A DNA stretch of 64,000 nucleotides from Octopus sinensis. Taxonomy: Eukaryota. The position numbers and the translations under genes are program-made. The number at the start of each line of letters is the position of its first letter. Positions within the stretch are counted from its first letter, which is position 1. Positions 30,821-45,525 of this stretch are shown piece after piece. Location of the stretch: contig NW_021831833.1 of the NCBI RefSeq assembly GCF_006345805.1, positions 1-64,000 on the forward strand, in the 5' to 3' direction. The notes beneath the pieces are model-generated. The model did no database searches and was not told where the DNA came from. It saw only the letters and a list, made by a program, of their open reading frames with translations.

Positions 30821-32011
30821 ATAAATTAAGGCGCGATTGTAAAGCGAACTTCTTAACCACCTAGCCATGTCTGTGCCTATATTTGCCTAGGATTTGGTTG
30901 TTGTTTCTAACCAGAAAATCAGTTGTGTAGAGCCTCTTTTTCTTCCATAATACTATAAACCAATGATACACTCAAGTTTATAGAGTGATATCTCTTTACC
31001 AGCTGGTGAATCTACCCTGTCTATCATTAAAATGATAAATGCTACGCAATATCAACGGTAACATGCAAACCACCAAAGGCAAAATGTATTGAACTACCCC
31101 TACTGGTTCCTCGTTCTCCAATTAACTTGACTCTGTTTAGCTGAACTATAACTGTCTGAGATACTATTGCTTGGTTATAGTAGACCTTAAAACAATATGG
31201 CACTTGGAGCTATCTGCTTAGAAAACAATACCACAAAGTGCATTTTCAATACATTTGAAATACTTGACTGATCCGTGGAGGAGATACACTTGATTGATAC
31301 CAAAATCTGAAAGATCCTGATATAAACTTGATGCTTTCATTGTATCAATGATAGTGGGAAAAGCTCTATCTCAAAGGAAAAGTGAGCTGAAGTGGATTAA
31401 AGTCGGTGCAGACTACCTTTGAGTGTTGAATAATATACCGCCGGTATTTTGTCCTCGAAGACAGCAAGCGTAAAAATATCTCTTTCATACTCTAAATTGA
31501 ACAGCATCTTACAGGTCGGTTGTGAATTCTTCGAGAAGTTTTCACTTTCTGTTCTCCTTCAGTGAGACCACAACATTAATGGAGAAGCGTAAGGCAAAAA
31601 AGAAAAAAAAAAGAAAGAAAAAAACCGGCTCTGAAGAAAATCGCTCTGTTCAGGGGGTAAAAAAACCCCCAAGTAAGCGGGGTTTCCCCAAAAGCTTGAG
31701 GATGATGACCACATTAACAGGAAATATGGCATCTTTTAGACACGTGCCTGTTACATTACGTCAAATTTCGAAGGGTATGCTTTTAAAATCTAAAAACAGG
31801 AGCTAGCTACTAGCTACCTTAATGAGCAAGTAAGAAATTGGTGATGGTTTATATAAAGATAGATTTTAACTTTAAGGTAGAGGCATACACATAGACGGAA
31901 ACATAAACGCATACATATGCACACTCATACATACACACACTCACACACACAGAGGCATACATATATACAAATATATATAAGTACATATATAAATATATAT
32001 ATATATATATC

Positions 32012-32045
<34 letters not shown>

Positions 32046-32184
32046 ATTATATATATATATATACAAATTGAGATAGGGGTTGTAAATGCAACCCTCTATG
32101 GGATAACGTATATCCAATATACTGCTAGCGAAGTACCCAACAAAGTTAATACATAAATGTTAATGATTGCGATGCAATATCTTG

Positions 32185-32219
<35 letters not shown>

Positions 32220-32226
32220 TATATAT

Positions 32227-32283
<57 letters not shown>

Positions 32284-32839
32284 ATATATACGTATATACA
32301 TATACACACGCACAAATGCATATACAAAAGACAGTGGGTGAAAGAGAGTAAGAGAGACGCAAGGAAAAAAGTGAGAGACTGCTGTAAATCTACAGCCATC
32401 ACATCAGACTGATACATAAGACAAACAGAGAGTGATAATTGTGAAGATAGGGACAACAAAGAACTAAAAACGAAACAAAATGAAAGGTTCTTGCAAATAT
32501 CACAGATATAATTTAAAATGATATTGTTATCAATTCATCTGAAGTAAGTTCGACCTATTTTTTCCAACAGTCCATCTGACCTTCATGCTGAGTGGTTGTC
32601 ACACGAACCGATAGTTCTAATGGTGTACACTTTGCCGGAATAGAAATGCTGTGATGCATCTATTTATCTATCACTCTATCTATCCATCTATTTCTCAAAG
32701 AAACATTATCTCTTTATCAGTCTGTCTGTCTGCCTGTCTGTTTGTCTATCTGTCTATTTGTCATTTTGCTCCTACGTTTCTCCCTATTTCTCCTTGTCCC
32801 TTTTGCAAAATATAGCTGAAATATGCGCGTGCATACACA

Positions 32840-32841
32840 CA

Positions 32842-32934
<93 letters not shown>

Positions 32935-32955
32935 CATACATATATATATATATAT

Positions 32956-32986
<31 letters not shown>

Positions 32987-33055
32987 CTTGTGTACATACA
33001 TGCTTACATTTGTATGCATATATAAACATAATACAAGCATACACACACACACACA

Positions 33056-33096
<41 letters not shown>

Positions 33097-33435
33097 GTAT
33101 CCATGTGTGTATATGAATATATGCAAATATAAACACACACCTATACTAAGATAAAATAAACAAAGAAAAAGCAAGTACGCAAATAAATATATACATACAC
33201 AAACACATACATACATACATACATACATACAAACATACATACATACATAACATACATACATACATACATACATACATACATACATACAAACATACATACA
33301 TACATACATACATACAAACATACATGCTTACATACATACATACATACAAACATACATACATACATACATACATACATACATACATACATACATACATACA
33401 TACATACATACATACATACATACATACATACATAG
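32840..33435. repeat. (CA)n/(ACAT)n/(TA)n compound microsatellite
   Basis: Direct reading. Confidence 0.95.
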
Positions 33436-33738
33436 TGTGTGTGTCCAGACGTTACATCCAGACAGAAAATCAGGACAAAATTGCCGAATTATGAAATCAT
33501 CTGACAGACACAAGCACAGACGAACAGAGAGAACGGACAGAGACAGACCGAGAGCGAGAGAGAGAGCAAGCGAGAGAGAGAGAGAGAGAGAGCAAGCGAG
33601 AGAGAGAGAGACAAACAAACGGACGGACGGACAGACAGACCGATCGACAGACAGGCAAGACAGAGCCAAAATATGAAAAAAAAATATTAAGGAAGAAAAC
33701 GTACAAGAAAACAATAAATAGAAGAACACAAAATAGTC

Positions 33739-34235
33739 AGATGGCGCGAAATATATGATGGCGTTGGTCATGTGACCAGACAGCTATGGAGTATTTTCTT
33801 TTGTTGTTTTGTGAATTTTTGTTATTTGTATTATTAATATTATTAATAAAAATAATATTGTTGTTGTCATTATTATTAATATTATTTTGCTCTTTCTTGT
33901 ACTTTGGATTGCAAGAACAACAACAACAACTAAAACAACGACGACGACAACAACAACAAGAAACAAACAAACAAGATGTCTGCCTAACTGGCTCCTCTTT
34001 TGTTTTACTTTTAGCTTCCTACCCTTACTTCCTATCCTTCCCCCCACCCCTTACCCCCACCAACACCACCACCACCACCGCCACCACCAACACATTTACT
34101 GTTACCAACGCTTCCTCGAAAGTCATAGTCCTCCTCCTCCTCCTCCTTCGCCGCCGCCATCGTTGGATCTCACTTGCAGTTTTCGCCATGTTTAATATAG
34201 GAAATGTTGCAAAGGAAGCCTTTACTTATGTCAGT
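33739..34235 (+). promoter_or_regulatory. Candidate promoter / first-exon region
   Basis: Two gatggcg YY1-like motifs (33739, 33757), tggtcatgtgacca E/M-box (33765-33778), cgccatgtt overlapping ATG 34188, and donor-like gtcagt at 34230. Confidence 0.25.
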
Positions 34236-34506
34236 CTATCTTTTCTAGTTTCAATGTAGCCGACATTGCTGTCTGTCCTCTTAAGTTCCCGCATCCCTTC
34301 CTTGTCTGTGACGCAAGCGGGATGGCCAGGGCATTTTAGGGTATGAGTCGGTGTAGAGTCTATATGTGTGAAGGGAAGCTAATGTGTGTGCTTGTCTATA
34401 TAAGTCTGTGTACGTGTGAATGTATATGTGTATGTACGTGTATATGGCACAAAGACATATTAACGCTTCTGTATGTTTACATACATATATATACATATAT
34501 ATACAT

Positions 34507-34541
<35 letters not shown>

Positions 34542-34705
34542 CATATATATATGTATATATGTATGTATAAATATATATATTTGTGTATGTATGTATATAT
34601 ATATATATGTGTGTGTTTTTTTGAATGTATATACATATATATGTGCATATTCGTGTGTGTCTCTTTATGTCCGTCCGTGTGTGACCATGTGTATGTGTAT
34701 GTGAC

Positions 34706-34746
<41 letters not shown>

Positions 34747-35166
34747 AATTAGCTAAGAAGCGATGGGTGCCGGAGGAGGTGAGGAGGAACGGTGATGGTA
34801 ATGCTAAAGGAGGTGGGTGGTGTCTTAAAGAGAAGATGTGACGAAAGCAAAACGGGAGGATAAATAAAAAATAATCCCAACATAATAAAAAGAAAAGGGA
34901 GAAAAATAATTAAAAAAGAACATAAAACTGAAAAATATGAATAAAACAAAAAAAAGCACAAAATAAGGGAGAATTTGTAATATGGCGGACACAAAGGAGT
35001 AAGGATGGTATTGAGAATGTGGGTGAGGAGTCTGGTAGTGGTGGTGATGGTTGCGGCGGTGGTGATGGCATTGATGGTCATAGTAATATTGAAAACAAGG
35101 GCCATGCTGTTTATTGATAATGGTGATGATTGTGATGATAGTGGTGGTAAAGTTGGTAATGATGAC

Positions 35167-35200
<34 letters not shown>

Positions 35201-35439
35201 CGAAGTCACCGAGTCGGAGGTGGTGGTGGTGGTGGTGTGGGGGTTGATGGTAATGGAAATGGTGGTGATGCTGGTAGTGTCGATGATGACTTTGGCGGTG
35301 TTATTGGGAATGGCAATAGTTGTGACGGCAATGGTCGTGATGGTAGGGGGTCAGTAAGAGGGTAGGGACGGGAATGGTGTGGTGAAGGTCACGCAATGTT
35401 GTTGTTTGTTCATGAAGTCAGTGATAATGTTGTATTGTT

Positions 35440-36250
35440 GTTGCTGTTTAGCCCTGGGTCAGCTTTGATTAAACCGTGACCATCCCATCTTTATTACTCA
35501 GAAACAGTGTATTTAAGTCTCCATTATCCAACATTTCCTTTCATAGGGGCGATTTGAGGGACATCTAGTTACTATTTCTAGCCGTTCAAACGATATGTTA
35601 GAGTCTTCATATGGTGGTGTTAGTCATGATGATGGCATTTGTGATAATAGTGGTGGTAGTGGTTGAGGGTGGTGGTGGCGCCGGCGGTGTGATGGTTTTG
35701 TCGAGGTGGTGAAATAGGTGGTGAATGAAGGTGTCGTTATGGTCTGTGTAGATGACCATTATATGTCTGGCTATATAATGGTCATCTGGCTATAGATGAC
35801 CATTGTATATCTGGCTATTGTTGAGTAGCCCCAAGCCTGACCCGGGGCTAAACAATAACGATAAACACCTATGATCAAAGCCGTCCCATGAAACATTATT
35901 CCCCCCTCTTTGTGAAAACATAGTATAAAGTGGACTACTTAATCGAATGTAAATCATTTGGTAAGATGTTAGGAAGTGGTTTGAAGAAGATTTTGCTGCT
36001 ATTTCTAGCAGGTCAAGTGTCCTTATAGAGGCATAATGGCTGCAGTTTTTGTTTAACCCCAAGTTAGCCCTTATTGAACACATATGATCAAAGACATCCA
36101 ACCATGACCATCCCATTTTTTGCATTCGCTGGGATTCCAGAATACATCTAATTTAACATTTACCTTACTTTCTACGACCAGTGGGTGGTGATTTGAGGGC
36201 GATTTGACTTCTATTTCGTTTTGGATTCCTCTTTGGTTCAATGCGATATC
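35440..36250 (+). repeat. Three spaced degenerate copies of repeat family F
   Basis: tttaaccc..atgatcaaag.c.t.cc.gccatgaccatccc motif, also at 43940-44650, 45930-46330 and 4560-4760(-). Confidence 0.65.
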
Positions 36251-36576
36251 GTGATGGCATTGAGTGAAGAAAATGGAGAAATACAAGAGAGGAGATGGAA
36301 GGATGGTGCGTGTGTGTGTGCGAGAGAGAGAGAGGAGAGAGAGAGGAGAGAGAGAGAGAGAGAGAGAATTCAATAGAGAAATAGAGAGGGTAGGAAGGTG
36401 AAACCTGGCAATGTATTTGTAAGAAAGTGGGAGAAAACAGTAAAGAAGAGAAAAGAGACTCGAATAAGAAAGAATAAAAGAGAGATGTAAAGAAAATTAG
36501 TGAGAAAGAACAAAAATGAACCGCAATCTAGTGAAAAAGAGAAAGGGTGGAGGAAGAGACGAAGAGATCAAGCGGG

Positions 36577-36627
<51 letters not shown>

Positions 36628-36878
36628 AGCCCTGAGAGAGAGAGAAAACAAGAAGATTGCGAGTGAGGGAGGGAAAGAGAGAAGGGGAGAGCGAAAGAGA
36701 AGGGCAAAGGAAGAATGAGGGTGAGAGAAGGTTGCTTTTACTAGATTGACATTGCTCTTTTACAATATGGTGAGTTTTAGCAGCTGTGGTCATGCTGGAG
36801 CACCACGACCATCGTCATACTTTACACATAAATACGTATATATGCATATGTGTGTGTGTATGTGTGTGTGTATAAAAC

Positions 36879-37493
36879 GGCGGCGAGCTGGCAGAAACGT
36901 TAGCGCGCCGGGCGAAATGCTTAGCGGTATTTCGTCTGCCGCTACGTTCCGAGTTCAAATTCCACCGAGGTCGACTTTGCCTTTCATCCTTTCGGGGTCG
37001 ATAAATTAAGTACCAGTTACGCACTGGGGTTGATGTAATCGACTTAATCCGTTTGTCTATCCGTTTGTCCCCCCTCTGTGTTTAGCCCCTTGTGGGTAGT
37101 AAAGAAATAGATAGAAATAGGTATTTCGTCTGCGTTACGTTGTGAGTTAAAATTCCGCCGAGGTCGACTTTGCCTTTCATCCTTTCGGGGTCGATAAATT
37201 AAGTACCAGTTACGCACTGGGGTTGATGTAATCGACTTAATCCGTTTGTCTATCCTTGTTTGTCCCCTCTGTGTTTAGCCCCTTGTGGGTAGTAAAGAAA
37301 TAGAAATAGGTATTTCGTCTGCGTTACGTTGTGAGTTAAAATTCCGCCGAGGTCGACTTTGCCTTTCATCCTTTTGGGGGAACGATAAATAAAGCACCAG
37401 TTTCGCACTGGGGGTCGATGTAATTGACTTAATCCGTTTGTCTGTCCTTGTTTTCCCCTCTATGTTTAGCCCCTTGTGGGCAGTAAAGAAATA
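36879..37493 (+). mobile_element. SINE family A with head-to-tail triplicated body
   Basis: One head at 36879; the body restarts at ggtatttcgtctg at 37120 and 37309. Confidence 0.92.
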
Positions 37494-37957
37494 TATATAT
37501 ATATACACAGATGTACCCATACCGAAACAAACATATCCACACACACAATTACTCTGTACATGTGATACCCGAGTCTTCGGTCGGCTCTTTTAACCCCAAT
37601 AAACATACCAACTCTACCCAACGGGTGTATTGAGTGCTCATTTGAGCTATCGTTTCCCTCGCTCCATACTGGGAGTATTCAATACCTGTTAGTGTGTATT
37701 TGTGTTTCTCTGTGTGTGTACTCGTAATTTCAAGGTAATAACTCTCATTCGTTGCTATCAAATTTAAAGTAACAAATAAGGGAGGTAAGTCATACAATAT
37801 CGGCTGATGCAAAAGTTTTCACAATGCACTTTTGAAATGGATGTTGTCTCTGTAACCAACAGCTGAAAGAAACTGACATGTTTCAATCTTTTTAGCTCTC
37901 CTTAACGAAGTATGTTCACTTAATTTGCTCATCGTTAATGGTCAATATGAATGCGTG

Positions 37958-38027
<70 letters not shown>

Positions 38028-38223
38028 ATGCGAAAAGAGCGGAGAGGGAAGAATACCCTAAAGTTTCTGAATGATATATATATTTAATATGCGTTAGAAC
38101 TCCGCATATGTAATGTAGTGAGCGGGAAAAACTTTATGTACATACGTTCATATATACATGTCATATATGCATACACACACATACATACACACACAGGATA
38201 TAATATATATATATATAATATAT

Positions 38224-38265
<42 letters not shown>

Positions 38266-39131
38266 GTATGTACATACACACACGCACAACAATGATTATG
38301 AACGAGAAGTGAGACCTCATAATATACAATGATATAAATGTATGCAACAGTGAAAGGGACAGCATTCACTTCCACAAAAAAAATTATAAAATTCTAATAC
38401 TTCACAATACATCAAAATTAGATATATAATGTCTGATAATGTAGAACCTTCTGAAATCCTCCTCTTTAGATAAGTAAAGGATCGGGATTTTTTCTTCTTT
38501 CCCATAGCCTATTCTTCCAGCAATGAAACTTTACTATCTCATATACTTTACGAGTACGACTATCTACTTCATTTCGTATATATATATATAAGCATTTACG
38601 TGTGGTTTATCCTTGGTTCTAGTAAAACGAAAGTAGCTTGTTTAAGACAAATAACCTCCGACACTCAGCGTGTGAATCATAACGTTTCCACCATATGATA
38701 AATGCGCATATCATGAAGTTAACGGACATAGAAGTTGTGGTGGTTGTATTTGATATGATGAGTTGTGCCTGGCGATCCCGGGATATTCGTAAGCAAATCT
38801 TCTGGTGAAACTCTAAAGTAGCGCATTAGAGCCGTCTTGGATCCTGTATGTATGAATCTATGTATATATGTATGCATTTGTATGTGAGAGAGAGAGAGAG
38901 ACTCTGTAAGTGTGTGTATGTAAGATTGGGTGGTTAGGTAGATGGATGGAGGGAGGGATGTATTGGATGGATGGAGGGAGGGATGTATTGGATGGATGAA
39001 TGGATGGATGGGTATGCGCTGACTTATATGCTCAAGTATATCTACTCTGTATACATGAGAGTGACGGGAAATGTGTGATCATGCTAAAAAGATAAGAATA
39101 GAGAACTAATAAATTTGTTATAATTCATAAT

Positions 39132-39164
<33 letters not shown>

Positions 39165-39533
39165 CGAGCGAGAGAGAGAGACTTTTAATAGAGAGACAGC
39201 TTTCATTGGTGAAGGAATGATAGAGAATCTGTGAGTGAATAAATGTGTAACGGAAAGGATATTACAGATTTATGTAGAGACATTTTGAGAAATAGTGTCC
39301 GGGAGAGATAACATGAGGGTGAAAGGGAGAGAGAGAGGGGGGGGAGGGAGAGAAAAAGGTAGACCGAGACAGAGTGAGGCAAAGAGAGAAAGAGAGGTTT
39401 AGCCAGACAGATGTATCGGAGATATGTGGGCGGGGAGAGAGGGAGAGAGGAGAAGGGGATATAGATAGATATGTACGAGAGATATAAGGAGAGAGAGAGA
39501 GAGAGAGAGAGATTTAGATCGAGGCATATACTG

Positions 39534-39571
<38 letters not shown>

Positions 39572-39703
39572 TATATAAATTGACAGATGTACGAGAGACG
39601 TCGGAAGAGAGAGAGAGAGAGAGATTTCCAACGACAGATGTGCCGGAAACGTATAGGAGAGAGATATTTAGGTAAACAAATGTACGAGACAGCTAAGGAG
39701 GGA

Positions 39704-39754
<51 letters not shown>

Positions 39755-40069
39755 TAGATTGAGAGAGAGAAAGAGAGACAATTCATTGGAAGATATATGA
39801 AAAAAGTAAGAGAGAGATTCAGATAGAGACGTCAATGGGAGAGCTATGGAGAAAGAGAAGAAAGGTAGATGGAGAAATGTATGTGAGAGATACGGATAGA
39901 GGAAGATTTAGTTATAGAAATGTACGGAAGAGATGCGAAGAAAAAGTTTTTTAGGCAGACAGATTATACGTGAGAGAAAATATGGAGAGAATGGTGGGAG
40001 AAAGATGGTGTTTCTTGAATTAAGCTGCAGAGAGAATTCATCGTTAATATATGTACAAGAATGAGAGAG

Positions 40070-40107
<38 letters not shown>

Positions 40108-40560
40108 GGGAAAAACAGATAGGTTGATAAAGAAAAAGAGAGAGAAAGGGTGTTTAGAATAACTCTTTAGAAACTATATAGGAATGAGAGAGTAGACCAG
40201 TCATAGAAAGAGAGCGAAAAAGCAGGCAAAGAGATGGTGAGACGTATAAATCAAGTTAGATAAAGAGAGAGATGGTGAGACGTATAAATCAAGTTAGATA
40301 AAGAGAGAGAACCATATAGATGAAGATGAAGTGATGGAGAGAATAAAATATTCCAGGGAGTGAAGGAGAGAGGGGGAGGGAAGGGGAGAGGGCAAAGAGA
40401 GATATAAAGAGAGAAAAAGAGAAAAGAGATCCTTTTTATGTTTATGGGAGAACGAGGAAAAGTGAGACGACAGGCAGAGTATGAGAGTTTATGATTAATA
40501 CACACACACACACGCATGCACACACACACACACATGTATATATATATATAATATATATAT

Positions 40561-40604
<44 letters not shown>

Positions 40605-40757
40605 GTAATATATATATTATATATATATATTATAACATGAGTAAGGAAAACATAGAGAGGGAGAGTCAATCGGAGAGATAGAGACGAGGTGATAAATTTT
40701 AAACAAATGTATTCTTAAATACATGCATGAGAGAATGTAAAAGACAGACAGACAGAT

Positions 40758-40827
<70 letters not shown>

Positions 40828-41369
40828 CAAAAGGAGATGTAGGCACGGAAAGAGAGAGAAAGCGGGAGAGAGAGAGAGAGAGAGAGCGAAAGTGTGGGGA
40901 AAAAGCAGAAGAGAAAATTATTCTCTTTAATACATATATAGATAAGGCATAAGAAAAAATAGAGTAAAAAAGAAAAAATAACCAGCTTGGCTGTGTTTAG
41001 CCATTGCAGATGGAGTAATATAGACAGATGTGTGATGTAGACTGTGTTGTTAGGGTGGCTGGCTAGTCCGACTGGCTAGGATGGTTGCCAGGGGATGGTG
41101 AAGGTTGCGGTGGTAGTGGCGATGGTGGTGATGGGAGTAATGGCCTGTAAGACAGGAGTTGTAATGGCGGCGGTTGTGGTGGTGGCGGTGGTGGTGGTGG
41201 TGGTAGGTGGTTCAAGGGCGGGGGTGGGATGTTATATTTCAGAAAAACTGGATGGTTAGAAGAAAATAAACGAATCATAAAAGTAAAAACAAAAATATGG
41301 GGACATAAGACTGGGTTTGTGTCTGGTGATAGGTAAATAGGAATGGAGAAAAGTATTAGAGAGAACGAC

Positions 41370-41409
<40 letters not shown>

Positions 41410-41693
41410 AGACAGAGACAGGGAGATATATAGAGATATGTGTAAGAGACTTAAGTAGGAAAAACAGTAAAAAAAGACAAAAAAAAAGGGTGAGGGAGAA
41501 AGAGAGGGAGAAATAAATGGGAAGGGAGGTGGAGAGAGTGAAGGGGGAAAAAAGATGAAGAAGCAGAGTGAAGAGTGGTCGTGTGAGGTAAGGGAGAGTG
41601 CTTGCTTTGCGTTTAATTGACTTGGTTGTCGTTAAACCAGGGTTAAGTCATCGGCCTAGCCAGTTGTCCGACAATTGGGACCAAAAAATAAAA

Positions 41694-41725
<32 letters not shown>

Positions 41726-41764
41726 CACAACAATATATATAATATATATATAATATATATATAT

Positions 41765-41796
<32 letters not shown>

Positions 41797-41951
41797 ATAT
41801 ATTTATATATTTATATATGTCTAACAAGGAGTGTAAAAGAATATGAAATGAAATGTAAAAAGTAAAGTAAAAATAAAAATGAAAAAAAAAAAAAAAAACT
41901 GGAAACCATACCACAGACACACGTATACACACATTCTCATATATACGTATA

Positions 41952-42001
<50 letters not shown>

Positions 42002-42029
42002 ATAATATATATATATATGTATATATATG

Positions 42030-42062
<33 letters not shown>

Positions 42063-42859
42063 ATATATATTAACATATATATATATATATATATATATTA
42101 AAACATATATATATATACGTATGTATGTATATAATATGCACACATATTTAAAGGAAAAGAGAGGACCATAAGAATATAAAATTAAGCATCATATATGTGT
42201 GTGTATATGCATACATACATTCATACATACGTACATGCATACATATACATACATGCATACATGCACAGTCACACACAAAACAATCAAACTGTCCATTATA
42301 ATGTCCATCGGACGGAAGGACAATATGACAACCATTGGTTTTTCTGACTACACACATACATACACATACACGAACACACTCACACATAATACACAAACAC
42401 ATGTATACACATATCCATATAAATGTATGCCATATACGTACATACATACGCACATACATAGTGTGTTTATGTGTACGTGTGAGAGAGTGTGTGTGAATGT
42501 GTGTGTATGTGTGTGTTTGTGTCCATTTTCTATCTCTCCCTATCTTTCCAGTTGATAATTCCAGTCAGCTCTGGTCACCAGACTGTCCACCTGTCTCCAT
42601 TAAAACATGGATTCGTCCGACCATTAGTTTTTCTGACATTTTCTTTTTATTGTTATCAGTTTTTGATGTTGGTTTTGTTGTTGTCGTTGTTGTTGCTGTG
42701 ACTGCATTGTCTCTTGTACTTGTTGTTGTGGTAGTTGTTGTTGTTTTGGGCTGCATATTTTCTTGTTATGACATCCTTCTACCGCTACTTCTGGATTATC
42801 GCTATTACTACTATTAATATTACTGTTGTTGTTGTTGTTGTTGCAATTATTATCATTAT

Positions 42860-43195
42860 TATTATTGTTCACATTGCCATCGTGATTATTGTCATCAGTA
42901 TCATGATCATCCCCATTACCGTCGTCATCATCATCATCGTCGTCGTCGTCGTCATCATCATCATCATCATCATCATCGTCGTCGTCATCATCATCATCAT
43001 CATCATCATCAGCAGCATCATCACCATCATCAGCATCATCATCATCATCATCATCATCACATCATCATCATCATCATCATCGTCGTCGTCGTCGTCGTCA
43101 TCATCATCATCATCATCATCATCACCATCCTTATCATCGTCGTCATCATCATCATCATCATCATCATAATCATCATCATCATCATCATAATCATC
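42860..43195. repeat. (CAT)n/(CGT)n microsatellite
   Basis: Direct reading. Confidence 0.95.
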
Positions 43196-43566
43196 ATTTC
43201 GTTTTCCATTTAGATTGGAAATGTTGACTTGAATTTTTCGAATTAAGGTCTGGAGTATGAAAATCGGATGTGTGTGTGTGGGTGTTGTTGTTGTTGTTGT
43301 GGTGGTGGTGGTATTGGATGATGTTAGTGAAGTTGTATGGCGGAAGTGCTGATGGTCAATGATGAAAATGTTGGCATTGGGTTTGGTTGTTTGGATTATA
43401 ATAGTGAAGCAGGAACGATTTGTAGAATTGGTTGTTTTGCAGCGGTTGGGTTGAATGGAAGGATGGTGGTGGTGGTGGTGGTGGTGAATTGATAGTGGTA
43501 GTTGTGACGGTGGTAAAGGTTGTGTTGCACGGATGGAGGTGGTGCTGTTGGTGGTAGTGATTATAG

Positions 43567-43785
43567 GGCGTTGAGCTGGCAGAAACGTTAGCACGCCGGG
43601 CGAATTGCTTAGCGGTATTTCGTTCTGAGTTCATATACCGCCGAGGTCGACTTTGCCTTTCATCCTGTCGGGGTCGATAAATCAAGTACCAGTTACGCAC
43701 TGGGGTCGATATGATCAACTTAATCCGTGTGTCTGTCCTTGTTTGTCCTCTCTGTGTTTAGCCCCTTGTGGGTAGTAAAGAAATA
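43567..43785 (+). mobile_element. SINE family A
   Basis: gagctggcagaaacgttagcacgccgggcg...gggtagtaaagaaata. Confidence 0.88.
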
Positions 43786-43939
43786 GGTAGTGATTATGTT
43801 GGCTGAGCTATGGTAGTAGTAAGGGCAGTAGTGGTTGTAATTTTGTTAAATGGATGGATGATGATGGTGATGGTGGTGGTGTTGAATGGATAGATGATGT
43901 GGTGGTGGTTATTATGGTCTCGGTAGTCTTAATGCTGTG

Positions 43940-44650
43940 GCTATTGTTTAACCCCCAAGTCGTTTGTCATGCAGAAGACTTATCATCAAAGACACTCCTG
44001 ATTTGACCATACGTCCAATATATCTCCTCACCTTCAGGATAGCGAGAATATGATCGAGGGTTATTTAGCTGCTACGTCTAGCAAGTCGAGCGTGCATGTT
44101 AACATCGTAGCGCTTGTGATAGAAGTGGAGTGGTTTACTGATGTTGGTGATGATATTAGTGAAGTTTAGAAGTGATGGTGGTGGTGGTGGTGGTGGTGGA
44201 GGTGGTGGAGGTGTATGGGGTGTTGGTGATGACCAGAGGTCTTAGTTTAGCTTTATGTTAGACTCTAGAGTAGACCTGTGATCAAAGGAGTTCAGCCATG
44301 ACCATCTCACACACCGTCGGTCATTGCATTCTTGGTCTACATTATCTAAAAGTTTCTTCGTTAGGGCTCTTTCGAGAGAGACATTTAGCTGCTATTTTAG
44401 CATGTCTCGCAACCACGTGTTAGGATTATATCGAATAAGGAAATGATGGGATTGTAGCTATTGATATTGATGTTGATGTTGTTGATATGGCTGGAACCGA
44501 TATTGTTGTTTAACCCATGGTAAGTTCTGATCGAGAAGACTTATAACCAAAAGCATTACAGCCATGACCATTCCGTCTAATCTCTAGTCACAATGTATCT
44601 AAGAACATATATATTATTCAACGTGTTCTCCTTCTGCGAGATTGGTTAAA
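43940..44650 (+). repeat. Three degenerate copies of repeat family F
   Basis: Same motif as 35440-36250. Confidence 0.6.
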
Positions 44651-45525
44651 CAACAGCAAAAATAGATGAAAGAAACATCACAAACAAAAGAAGGATCTTC
44701 AAAACAACTTTAACAACACTGTTATGAATCAATGAGGAATCCCCTAACGAAGTAACTTAGCCAGCAAAGAATAGGGACCAAGTCCACCCCCTCAGCCTCC
44801 ATAGACTATGCTTCCTTCATCATTGGCAATCATGATAGCCCACCCCATGCCAGAACATGAAGATTCATGATTTTTCTTGAGAAAGGCACTGTCTTAGCTT
44901 CCTATTGTATATTGCCAGTTTCTTCATAATTTACTGTGCTAGTCTCCTGCTCTCCCGTTTTTACCTTTGAGGCAAACTCCAGGGAGTGGAGGAACTGGCT
45001 CACGTAGCAGGGCATGTGGCATTTCCAGAGACCGGTCAGTTTCTGTAACACACACCTAGGAGTTAGCTTTCCTCCGAGTCCTCAATACCTTAACCACAAG
45101 ACCTGCTCCTACTACTTGCTCCCTAATTAGGACTCTTCAAATGTACTACAATACCGGGCCAGTGTTGAGCCGGGAGTAGTGGTGACTAAACGGTAAGTCC
45201 TTACTGTCCCAAACTCCTGAACTCCTGAGATGGAGCCTTCCTCCAAGAAACAGTTTAATGTCTTGCTCAAGACACTAAGATCTTTCTCAAACTGGAAATT
45301 TCTTAAAACGGGAAGATCCTACTGGATAATGTATCCTAGATACACAATGTTTGATTGAAGAACGAGATTCTTATGATTGGAATCTAACTGTCGCTCAAAT
45401 TGTTAATTCTACCAACATCAACAACACTCTCAATAAATCTACCACTAACACCCCAACTTCTAAACAACTAACAACGAGGAGTCTTTAAAAAGTTGCCAAC
45501 CTTAGAACTTCTCTTTCAACTTACC

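Noticed and set aside
38317-38505. ORF starting MGKKKKSRSFTYLKRRIS, superficially like the FCF1 N-terminus
   Set aside because: The similarity stops after a few basic residues, and no further exons are recognisable.
40249-40312. Short direct repeats (also 8730-8783 and 38940-38995) as a possible CRISPR-like array
   Set aside because: Only two adjacent units with no spacers, in eukaryotic DNA; ordinary tandem duplications.
44700-45340. GC-richer unique-looking block, possibly a LINE 5' region or exon
   Set aside because: No frame with recognisable motifs and no clear splice pair.
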